Assembly (NCBI GenBank): GCA_903827265.1
Contig: CAIKHN010000004.1
Location: forward strand, 40,067-104,066
Direction of reading: 5' to 3'
From: Candidatus Uhrbacteria bacterium
GTDB lineage: Bacteria > Patescibacteriota > Patescibacteriia > UBA9934
Length of the DNA: 64,000 bases
Made by a program: the position numbers and the translations under genes. Positions 39,490-49,015 of this stretch are shown here, in pieces (position 1 is the stretch's first letter; every line of letters starts with the position of its first letter). The notes under the pieces are model-generated. The model made no database searches. It had not been told where the DNA came from and saw only the letters and a program-made list of their open reading frames with translations.

Positions 39490-40872
39490 TCATAGACTTC
39501 CCTCCATTTCTAATCCGACGAGCTCGAGAAATTCGACTGCATACTCGAGCGGCAGTTGTTGCACGATTGGGTCGAAAAATCCGTTCACAATTGCACGACG
39601 AGCCGCTTCAGGATTCAATCCACGGGTTGCAAGATATGCAAGCTGATCGTCGCCAAGTTTCCCTACCGTTGCCTCGTGCGTCACCAAGAAATCTGGCGCA
39701 GTATCGTCAATGATCGGAATCGTCATTGCGCGGGACTCACCGTCGAGCATCATCGTGTCGCACGTAATAGTCGCCGATGATCCAACTGCGCCTTTTGTTG
39801 CCTTCACTAAACCGCGATACGTCGAAACTCCCCCACCAACCGCAATACTTTTCGATCGCACATTCGCCGACGTTTCCGGCGCGACCAACGCAACCTTGTG
39901 CCCCGTATCCTGATTCTGCCCTGGGCCAGCAAATGCAACACCAAGGAAATCGCTTTTCGCTCGTGCACCGCGTAACACACTCATCGGATACAGCATCGTG
40001 ACGCCACTACCCATGTTTCCATTCACCCACACGATCGTTCCGTCGTCATCGACCAATGCACGTTTCGTATTGAGGTTAAATGTATTCTTGCTCCAATTCT
40101 CAATCGACGTGTAGCGAACCGTCGCGCCCTTCTTCACATGAATCTCAACACATCCCGCATGCAGCGCCGCAGAGTCATACTTCGGTGCCGAACAGCCTTC
40201 GATGTAATGGATCTCACTCCCTTCGTCGGCAATGATGAGTGTATGCTCAAATTGTCCTCCTCGCTCGGCATTCATACGGAAATACGCCTGCAGCGGAATT
40301 GTCACCTTCACACCTTTCGGGACATAAATGAATGTTCCACCACTCCACACCGCAGCATGAAGCGCCGCGAAGTAATGATCGTGAACCGGCACACAGCTCG
40401 TCATGAAATACTCACGAACGAGTTCTGGATGCTCATGAATCGCGACGTCCATGTTTAAAAAGACCACACCTTGATCTGCAAGATCCTTCTGCAAATTGTG
40501 ATAGACAATCTCCGAATCATACTGCGCACCCACACCAGCCAAACCGTTTCGCTCCGATTCTGGAATGCCAAGTTTCTCGAACGTCGACCGAATCTCTTCT
40601 GGCACGTCATTCCAGGTTCGATGCTCTTTTGAATCCGGCTGGACGAAATACGAAATCGATTCCAAATCGAGTCTGTCCAATGCTGGACCAAAGCTTGGCA
40701 TCGGCTTTTCGAAGAGAAAATCGAGAGCCTTCAATCGCTTCGTCGTCATCCACTCCGGCTCATTCTTTGACTCCGAAATACACAAAACAACCTCACGTGA
40801 AAGGCCAAGTGGTGCAGTATATTTTGGAGCATGCGAACTCGCAGTCTCGAGAGCCTCGCGCAGGGCATCCAT
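39490..40872 (-). CDS. sufB: Fe-S cluster assembly protein SufB
   Basis: KNEPEWM, LAGVGAQYDSE, GQFEHTLII, EGCSAP, LPLEYAVE. Confidence 0.97.
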   Translation of the reverse strand: MDALREALETASSHAPKYTAPLGLSREVVLCISESKNEPEWMTTKRLKALDFLFEKPMPSFGPALDRLDLESISYFVQPDSKEHRTWNDVPEEIRSTFEKLGIPESERNGLAGVGAQYDSEIVYHNLQKDLADQGVVFLNMDVAIHEHPELVREYFMTSCVPVHDHYFAALHAAVWSGGTFIYVPKGVKVTIPLQAYFRMNAERGGQFEHTLIIADEGSEIHYIEGCSAPKYDSAALHAGCVEIHVKKGATVRYTSIENWSKNTFNLNTKRALVDDDGTIVWVNGNMGSGVTMLYPMSVLRGARAKSDFLGVAFAGPGQNQDTGHKVALVAPETSANVRSKSIAVGGGVSTYRGLVKATKGAVGSSATITCDTMMLDGESRAMTIPIIDDTAPDFLVTHEATVGKLGDDQLAYLATRGLNPEAARRAIVNGFFDPIVQQLPLEYAVEFLELVGLEMEGSL

Positions 40873-40915
40873 AGATCGCCACTGTACGAAAAAAAGGAAA
40901 GATAATCAACGAATG

Positions 40916-41035
40916 CTAGCTTGCGAGAACAATCGCGAGAAAACCCATAAGGAGCACCAGAAAAGCAAGCACAACACCAATCTCGAGAATGGTAATGCGT
41001 GGAATTTTCAGTTTTGTTGCGCGTCGCGCTGCCAT
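40916..41035 (-). CDS. 39-aa membrane peptide (below ORF-track cut-off)
   Basis: MAARRATKLKIPRITILEIGVVLAFLVLLMGFLAIVLAS, CT-ATG start. Confidence 0.55.
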   Translation of the reverse strand: MAARRATKLKIPRITILEIGVVLAFLVLLMGFLAIVLAS

Positions 41036-41047
41036 AGATTGTTCAAA

Positions 41048-41081
41048 GTATATCACGTCGTTCGCGAACGACGTGATATAC
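41048..41081. repeat. perfect 34-bp palindrome
   Basis: gtatatcacgtcgttcgcgaacgacgtgatatac. Confidence 0.92.
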
Positions 41082-41082
41082 A

Positions 41083-41703
41083 TCACCCGTGCCAGAATGT
41101 TTTTCGATGAATTGGTGATAGCCCGATTGAATGAATTGCAGCTTGATGCACCTTGGTTCCGTAGCCTTTGTGCGACGAGAAATCGTATCCCGGTAATTCG
41201 GCGTCAAACTTTTCCATAAGCGTATCGCGATACTCTTTTGCAATAATCGATGCTGCAGCAATCGAAAAGATACGGTTGTCACCGCCGATGATCGTCTCTT
41301 GCGCGATCGAGAGATTGGGAATGCGCTGATTACCGTCGACGAGAACAATTCCCGATCTCGCCAACCCCTCGACCGCAATTTTCATCGCCTTTAGCGTCGC
41401 CTGGAGGATATTGATCTCGTCGATTTCCTTCGCATCAATCTCGGCAACACCAACCGCGAGCGCGACATTTCGAATCGCTTCCGCGGTGGATCGGCGACGC
41501 TCACGAGATAGTGTTTTGCTATCACGAATCACGAATTCCTCTGCAAGTTTACGGATCTCATCCATCTTCGACCAATCAAACATCACCGCACCGGCAACAA
41601 CAGGGCCAGCAAGGCAACCGCGGCCGACCTCGTCGACACCAACACTGAATAGGCCTGATGTATTCCAAAGGTTGAGCTCATAATCAAAGGGAAGTGACTG
41701 CAT
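41083..41703 (-). CDS. rnhB: ribonuclease HII
   Basis: GVDEVGRGCLAGPV, DSK, LVDG, IAAASIIAK, HKGYGT, HRKTF. Confidence 0.97.
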   Translation of the reverse strand: MQSLPFDYELNLWNTSGLFSVGVDEVGRGCLAGPVVAGAVMFDWSKMDEIRKLAEEFVIRDSKTLSRERRRSTAEAIRNVALAVGVAEIDAKEIDEINILQATLKAMKIAVEGLARSGIVLVDGNQRIPNLSIAQETIIGGDNRIFSIAAASIIAKEYRDTLMEKFDAELPGYDFSSHKGYGTKVHQAAIHSIGLSPIHRKTFWHG

Positions 41704-41745
41704 ATTAGAAATTTTATGAGATTCAACCCTAAGGATTGGGCAACG

Positions 41746-42324
41746 CTAAGGGTTGCCAACTTCACGGTATCGAAAGCAATCTTCTGTATGATCGTTGATC
41801 AACCCCGTCGCCTGAAGATGCGCATAGCACACCGTCGATCCGAGAAATGAAAATCCGCGCTTCTTTAAATCTTTTGCGAGCGCATCCGATATATTCGAGT
41901 GCGATGGCAAATCCTTTATCATCTTCCGTTTTCCATCGATAACTTCCTCATTCACGAATCCCCAAATGTACTTTTCAAATGTTCCAAACTCTTTCTGAAC
42001 CTTCAAAAACGCCTTCGCATTCTGTATCGTCGCTTTCACCTTTGCTCGATTGCGAATGATGCCGACATCAAGAAGTAACGATTCAATTTTCGCGTCATCA
42101 AACTTGGCGACACGCTCAGGATCGAACCCAGCGAACAATCGTCGATAGTTCTCACGCTTGTTCAATACCGTTTTCCAGCTTAATCCCGCCTGCGCACTTT
42201 CAAGAACAAGGAACTCGAACATCACCCGATCGTTGTGCACCGGCACTCCCCACTCTTCGTCGTGATATTTGGCATAAAGCTCATCACCAGCAGGAACCCA
42301 TGCGCAACGAATGCGGTCGGACAT
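41746..42324 (-). CDS. tag: DNA-3-methyladenine glycosylase I
   Basis: RCAW, YHDEEWG, LESAQAGLSW, IIRNRAK, INDH...C. Confidence 0.96.
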   Translation of the reverse strand: MSDRIRCAWVPAGDELYAKYHDEEWGVPVHNDRVMFEFLVLESAQAGLSWKTVLNKRENYRRLFAGFDPERVAKFDDAKIESLLLDVGIIRNRAKVKATIQNAKAFLKVQKEFGTFEKYIWGFVNEEVIDGKRKMIKDLPSHSNISDALAKDLKKRGFSFLGSTVCYAHLQATGLINDHTEDCFRYREVGNP

Positions 42325-42375
42325 ATACCAAGATTCTATCATTGAAACAAAAAAGAACCCTTACGGATTCTCTTT

Positions 42376-42451
42376 TGGTCGGGCCAGAGGGGCTCGAACC
42401 CTCGACCTCCTGGTCCCAAACCAGGCGCGCTACCAACTGCGCTATAGCCCG
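42376..42451 (-). tRNA. tRNA-Pro(TGG)
   Basis: cgggctatagcgcag...cctgg-tttggga-ccagg...gacca. Confidence 0.95.
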
Positions 42452-42544
42452 ATGAAACAATCGAACGGTGGAAGGATACTGAAAAACAACCGAGATGTAA
42501 AGCGGTGAGGATAACAAAAACTCCGTCTTGCGACGGAATTCTTG

Positions 42545-42619
42545 TGGTGCCTGGGGTCAGAATCGAACTGACGACACAGGGTTCTTCAGACCCTTGCTCT
42601 ACCACTGAGCTACCCAGGC
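42545..42619 (-). tRNA. tRNA-Phe(GAA)
   Basis: gcctgggtagctcag...agggt-ctgaaga-accct...cacca. Confidence 0.95.
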
Positions 42620-42620
42620 C

Positions 42621-42697
<77 letters not shown>

Positions 42698-42773
42698 AAA
42701 ATGTAGTGGAAAAGCGGGGGTATTGTATGACGGACGAGCTCGAACCGTCAAGGAATGCGTAGATGCAGGGATT

Positions 42774-43421
42774 CTAGAATATTCCGTATCGCACGTCCCA
42801 GCCGGCCTGAAGGAGAGAGTTTAAAACAGGATTACGAATTTCGCTTGTTTTAAAGTGATAGTTATAAATAACTCCAGGCCGAAAACATTCGGTGATTCCC
42901 CAAGCTTTCCCTATCTCCACATCGAGACTGACCCCACGAAATGCGAAAAAACTGAACCGAAGAAAATCAAGGCCCTTGCCCCACAATATTGAACGCTTTA
43001 TATCCGTCAACGTTGCAAGATGTCTTTTCTCGTCAAAGGCGACCCGAAGCGTATACGACTCAGTAATGCCGTGTTTTGAAATGATTTCATACCATTTCGC
43101 ATCAAGATATTTCCATGTGATGCGTAAGACCCCCTTCTTTTCTGTAACCTGTACTGGAATATCTGGATGATCAATATCCTTTATCATCAACTTCACCTCT
43201 TCAAGAGTCTTTGGATTTGTAACGGAAGACTTCCAATAAAACGCCCACTTACCCATGACATCGAGCGCAAATGGAAAAGTCGCGAACATCGCAAGAAACA
43301 CAACGAGGAACTCTCCTTCTGAAGGATCGGGATGGTACTGAAGCCATACAACAAGACCGACCGCGAGGAGCCCCATGTACAAAAAAAGAAGTCCTACAGC
43401 TTTCAAAAAGCGTTCAAGCAT
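42774..43421 (-). CDS. hypothetical membrane protein (two N-terminal TMs)
   Basis: 215-aa ORF, more AT-rich than core genes, between 16S and tRNA-Ile. Confidence 0.75.
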   Translation of the reverse strand: MLERFLKAVGLLFLYMGLLAVGLVVWLQYHPDPSEGEFLVVFLAMFATFPFALDVMGKWAFYWKSSVTNPKTLEEVKLMIKDIDHPDIPVQVTEKKGVLRITWKYLDAKWYEIISKHGITESYTLRVAFDEKRHLATLTDIKRSILWGKGLDFLRFSFFAFRGVSLDVEIGKAWGITECFRPGVIYNYHFKTSEIRNPVLNSLLQAGWDVRYGIF

Positions 43422-43577
43422 AAAGAAAAATCATACATTGATTCTATCATGAAATACAAAAACGCCTCATCGGCGCTTGTATATACGAACAACCTTTACA
43501 CCAAATAATCGACAACTTTGTGATTACAACGTCCTACACTTCTTTCGAAATGCATCGACCAATCAAAGTTTCCTTTG

Positions 43578-45076
<1,499 letters not shown>

Positions 45077-45247
45077 AATCCACACTCTTGCGAATGAGGT
45101 TCTGTTTAGTGACCGTTCTTTCGAACGGTATCAATTTGTGGACGTTGTAATCACGTAATTGTTCATTACATGATGCTTGGTTGTTGCTCTTCAGTTGTGA
45201 AGATACGACGCCCGCAAAGGCGTAAAAGCCAGTGCGAATGTGGCAGT

Positions 45248-45276
45248 AGAGTAATGGAACGCCAAAAGGCTGTCAA
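45248..45276 (-). promoter_or_regulatory. 16S rRNA promoter
   Basis: TTGACA-17-TACTCT about 170 nt upstream of the mature 5' end. Confidence 0.7.
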
Positions 45277-45316
45277 GGACGTCCAGCACAATAAAATGTG
45301 GATGGTTTTACGATGT

Positions 45317-46015
45317 TCACCGTTTCTTCGATTCCTCCGCCCGCCAAGCCGCAATTGCCTTATGATTTCCGCTCAAGAGAACCGACGGAACTGCCAAATC
45401 AACAACAGCGCTTTTTCCCACAGAATGCTTGTAAATCTCAGGCTTTGTGTATTGCGGATACTCCAAGAATCCCTCACGATCATGCGATTCCTCTGACAGC
45501 GTTTCCACATTTCCTAAAACGCCCGGAACCTGACGCGCAATAGCATCCGTCATCACCAACGCCGGCAATTCCCCACCAGTTAACACGAAGTCACCAATCG
45601 ACAACGCCTCGTCCGCAATCACTTCTTCAACACGATGATCGATCCCCTCGTACCTTCCACAAATAAAAATCAATTGATCATACGCCGCCAATCGTTTCGC
45701 ATCGGCTTGTGTAAATCGTTTCCCACTTGCAGACGTCACGATAACTCGCACTGTTGGTACCGCCTTGCGCAAAAACTTTTTTCGCAAACGAATCGCCTCC
45801 ACCGCGTTATCAATCGGCTGCACCGTCATCACCATTCCCGCTCCCCCACCATACGGCGTGTCATCAACCTTCCGATGCTTATCCTTCGAAAACTTTCGCA
45901 AATCATGCCCAGCGATCTTGATCAACTTTTCCTTCTGCGCCCTGCCTAAAATCGACGCATTCGCATACGGCGCAACGACTTCTGGAAAAATAGTAATGAT
46001 GTCGAAATGGATCAC
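45317..46015 (-). CDS. trmD: tRNA (guanine-37-N1)-methyltransferase
   Basis: VDDTPYGGGAGMVM, CGRYEGID, SIGDFVLTGGE, LEYPQYT, LLSGNH. Confidence 0.98.
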   Translation of the reverse strand: MIHFDIITIFPEVVAPYANASILGRAQKEKLIKIAGHDLRKFSKDKHRKVDDTPYGGGAGMVMTVQPIDNAVEAIRLRKKFLRKAVPTVRVIVTSASGKRFTQADAKRLAAYDQLIFICGRYEGIDHRVEEVIADEALSIGDFVLTGGELPALVMTDAIARQVPGVLGNVETLSEESHDREGFLEYPQYTKPEIYKHSVGKSAVVDLAVPSVLLSGNHKAIAAWRAEESKKR

Positions 46016-46284
46016 AAAGTTTTTTCGCCAAATATATACGTACACCCTTCATCCCCCATCCTTACGGTATGCGAAACGTGTGCAGGAATGTCGAATCGAT
46101 CGCCAGGACGATATTCTTTTTCCTCACCGTCGATTGTAATAAATATCGATCCTCCAACAATAATATGCGCGGTGTCGCCATCGTGCTCGTGGGCCGGATA
46201 AATCACACTTGGGCCGTCGTGCCACTCATCAATATCGGTGTAACCATCGGTCATTAATGCCGAACGCGCGTCGTCGATTGTCAT
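46012..46284 (-). CDS. small cupin-domain protein
   Basis: YPAHEH, PGDRFDIPAHVSH. Confidence 0.85.
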   Translation of the reverse strand: MTIDDARSALMTDGYTDIDEWHDGPSVIYPAHEHDGDTAHIIVGGSIFITIDGEEKEYRPGDRFDIPAHVSHTVRMGDEGCTYIFGEKTL

Positions 46285-46338
46285 AAAATAAAACTACCGT
46301 GCCCAATTATGGTACCACGGTAATTCTTTGATGAACTC

Positions 46339-46689
46339 TTAAAATGTGAGGCTATCCACGGAATCTGCGTCTTCATCCTTTTGAATTTCTGCGACTGGCG
46401 CCATCGATCCAGTTTCGTCTCCAGCCGCTGCACGGCGGGTTGATGATGCCGGAGCGTCGATACGGAACGACACGCGCATGTTTGCTTTTGCACCGATGGT
46501 TGCGAGCAATGTGCGGATTGCGACCGCCGTCTTTCCGCTCTTTCCAATGACGTATCCCGTGTCCTCCGGACTGGTGTGAACGGTAATTAACACACCCTGC
46601 TCATCGACCTTACGATCTGAACGAACTTCCTCCGGCTTGTTTACCAGTGCCTTCACGATGAATTCCACGAACTGCTGATCGAACTCCAT
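46339..46689 (-). CDS. khpA: KH-domain RNA-binding protein
   Basis: IVKALV..PEEV, GYVIGKSGKTA.AIRTLL; rpsP-khpA-trmD context. Confidence 0.92.
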   Translation of the reverse strand: MEFDQQFVEFIVKALVNKPEEVRSDRKVDEQGVLITVHTSPEDTGYVIGKSGKTAVAIRTLLATIGAKANMRVSFRIDAPASSTRRAAAGDETGSMAPVAEIQKDEDADSVDSLTF

Positions 46690-46766
46690 AAAAACAGGAT
46701 TTACTTTTCGAATGCTCCAATAATACAAAAGACGCCGTCTCAATGAAACAGCGTCCTGTGTATGAC

Positions 46767-47087
46767 TTACGCGGTAGCCTTCGCTTTCTTGTCGGCAATG
46801 GTCTTTGCGCGAGCCTTTGTGATGGTGATCTTGTTCTCCTTCTTGCCCTTCATAAGGCCAAGGTCGATGAACAAGTTCTTCACGGTTGCTGATGGCTGCG
46901 CGCCAACGCTCAACCAGTATTCTGCGCGCTCCTTATTGACGACGGTGTCCTTGCGGTCTGCGCGTGGATCGAGGTTACCGATGATTTCGATTGCTGGTGA
47001 CCAAGGATCTTTGGTGCCATCCTGCACAACAATGCGGTAATAAGGCTGTTTGCGCTTTCCGGTACGTGAGAGACGGATGGTTGTCAT
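46767..47087 (-). CDS. rpsP: 30S ribosomal protein S16
   Basis: IRLSRTGKRKQPYYRIVV, WLSVGAQPS.TV. Confidence 0.97.
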   Translation of the reverse strand: MTTIRLSRTGKRKQPYYRIVVQDGTKDPWSPAIEIIGNLDPRADRKDTVVNKERAEYWLSVGAQPSATVKNLFIDLGLMKGKKENKITITKARAKTIADKKAKATA

Positions 47088-47212
47088 AGGGAAATAAACG
47101 AATGATGCCAGCAGAATGCTCCCAGCCTCATAATTTGTCAAGACCTGTAGGGGCAGAAGTGATACTGCGTTTTTCGATTCTTGCAGCAAATTTTGTTATA
47201 CTTTTCTCATCT

Positions 47213-47359
47213 ATGACCATCGACGACGTACGAGCACTTGCAACAAAGGTTCGCGAGAAAACTGCGACTCCGGAAGAAGAAACGGCATTTTACAAAGCGC
47301 TCGATGTATTTATGCAAAAAACTGAGATTCTTCTTTCTCTGCATCAATCAGCCTCGTAA
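47213..47359 (+). CDS. 48-aa hypothetical protein
   Basis: CT-ATG start after a TATACT box; abuts the next gene. Confidence 0.55.
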   Translation: MTIDDVRALATKVREKTATPEEETAFYKALDVFMQKTEILLSLHQSAS

Positions 47360-47360
47360 T

Positions 47361-47759
47361 ATGGAAAACATTGAAAAAGACTTACAAAAGACATCAGAAA
47401 GTCTAGATGTCGCATACGCCGTCGCTGCAAATCAGCGCGAGGCGATCAATAGCGCGTGGAGCGATTTTTCTGAGAGCATCGAGGCAAAAGAAGCTGGGCT
47501 CGCCAAACTCGAATCCGCACTGACCGAAACGCTTGCCACAATCGATCGCCTAAACGCAAAGCTTTCTGTTCTGCAGCGAGAGCGCGAGGCGACTTTGCAG
47601 CAAGAAGCCTCAATCGAAAACGCGCCAGAAATCGCAGATCTCCGAAGCATTCTCGAAGTATTCGTCGGCGAGAAGACGTCGTCATTCATGGAGCTCCTTG
47701 CTCGCGTCACCGGAACCTTAAAAAATCGATCCGTCGAACTCGCAAACGCGAAGGAATAA
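47361..47759 (+). CDS. coiled-coil hypothetical protein
   Basis: 132 aa, heptad-rich. Confidence 0.7.
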   Translation: MENIEKDLQKTSESLDVAYAVAANQREAINSAWSDFSESIEAKEAGLAKLESALTETLATIDRLNAKLSVLQREREATLQQEASIENAPEIADLRSILEVFVGEKTSSFMELLARVTGTLKNRSVELANAKE

Positions 47760-47783
47760 AATCCTCTGTTATACTCTCTTCAT

Positions 47784-47960
47784 ATGATCCCCGCTGGAAT
47801 AATCCTCTTGGTTCTCGGCCTCGGCCTCTTCATCGGTGCTGGCATCAAACTCGACGACTATCCTGGTATTGAGCGTAATCACATCGTCGTGATGCTCGCC
47901 GGCTTAACCTGCATCATCGTTGGTGGAATCCTGCTCTACGCGAAGGTGTTTGGAGGATAA
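47784..47960 (+). CDS. 58-aa two-TM membrane protein (not in ORF track)
   Basis: MIPAGIILLVLGLGLFIGAGIKLDDYPGIERNHIVVMLAGLTCIIVGGILLYAKVFGG; upstream TGtTATACT. Confidence 0.65.
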   Translation: MIPAGIILLVLGLGLFIGAGIKLDDYPGIERNHIVVMLAGLTCIIVGGILLYAKVFGG

Positions 47961-49007
47961 TTACATCTTCCTTCCCCGAATCGCCAGGAACATTGGCACT
48001 TCTCGACGTACGCGATTCTCGGCTTTAGCGCGAGGGCCGGATGTACTTTCTTTATGCGAAATCCATTCCTCCATCGCGTCCACCGCGAATCCGGCAGCAG
48101 ATAATGCGGTGATGTACGACGAAATTGGGCGATGAAACGACGTAGTATTGATAGTCGGTGCATCGCCTGGATGCATTTGCATTGGAATAGCGTTCTCGCT
48201 CATGTAACTATCAACGCGGCGATACATCATCTTCCGGTCATCCTCGAATCCCCAACTACTTTGACGAGGAATGCGGAACGCTGGATGGTTAAGAACAATA
48301 ACGAATGGCGCGTTCTTGTTGAGCATCCGCGATACGCTCGCAAACACTGCCGGCATGTCGCTGATGTTTTGAAGTGCAAGAACGAGCGCTGCACCATCGA
48401 ACTTTCTGTCACGAAGATTGCGATCTGCGTTTGCGGCATCACCAACAAGAAACTCTGAGTTTCGGATATGTTTATTCTGGGCCTGACGAATCAGTGTTGG
48501 CGCTGCGTCGATACCAACAACTTCTCCCCCTTGTTTTACAATAAGGTTCGCAAACGATCCTTCGCCGCAAGCAACGTCGAGGAACGTCTTTCCTGGGCCA
48601 ACGCCAAGCATGCGCAGCGCGCCTGGCCAAACGACTTCGGACTGGTACGTTCCTGGTGCAGAAAGATGCGTGCCGTACCACTCTGCGACATTCTCCCAAC
48701 TTGTTGCGGCTGCAGCCCGTGGCCCAGCTTTTCGCTGATCAAACTTTGGCCGGCCTTCAGCGCGACTGATCGCCTGCGGTGATCGCTCGCCATATGGAAC
48801 GGTTCGCGCTGCTCGTCGTCCGTCCTTCATAAACGGTGGCCGGACGCTTGGACGAGGAGATTCACCAAAACGGGGCTCGCTCCGAGAGTCTCGTGGCGCG
48901 CGATCGGTCCGCTGCGCTCCTTGCGTCCTATCGCCATGCTGCGTGCCTCGCGTTCCTTTTCCGCGACGAGCAAATGCCGGTCCGCGACGTGAAGATGTGT
49001 GTTCCAT
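47961..49007 (-). CDS. class I SAM-dependent methyltransferase with Arg-rich N-terminal extension
   Basis: FLDVACGEG, GIDAA, LNHPAFR, FHRPIS. Confidence 0.9.
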   Translation of the reverse strand: MEHTSSRRGPAFARRGKGTRGTQHGDRTQGAQRTDRAPRDSRSEPRFGESPRPSVRPPFMKDGRRAARTVPYGERSPQAISRAEGRPKFDQRKAGPRAAAATSWENVAEWYGTHLSAPGTYQSEVVWPGALRMLGVGPGKTFLDVACGEGSFANLIVKQGGEVVGIDAAPTLIRQAQNKHIRNSEFLVGDAANADRNLRDRKFDGAALVLALQNISDMPAVFASVSRMLNKNAPFVIVLNHPAFRIPRQSSWGFEDDRKMMYRRVDSYMSENAIPMQMHPGDAPTINTTSFHRPISSYITALSAAGFAVDAMEEWISHKESTSGPRAKAENRVRREVPMFLAIRGRKM

Positions 49008-49015
49008 AGAAATAT

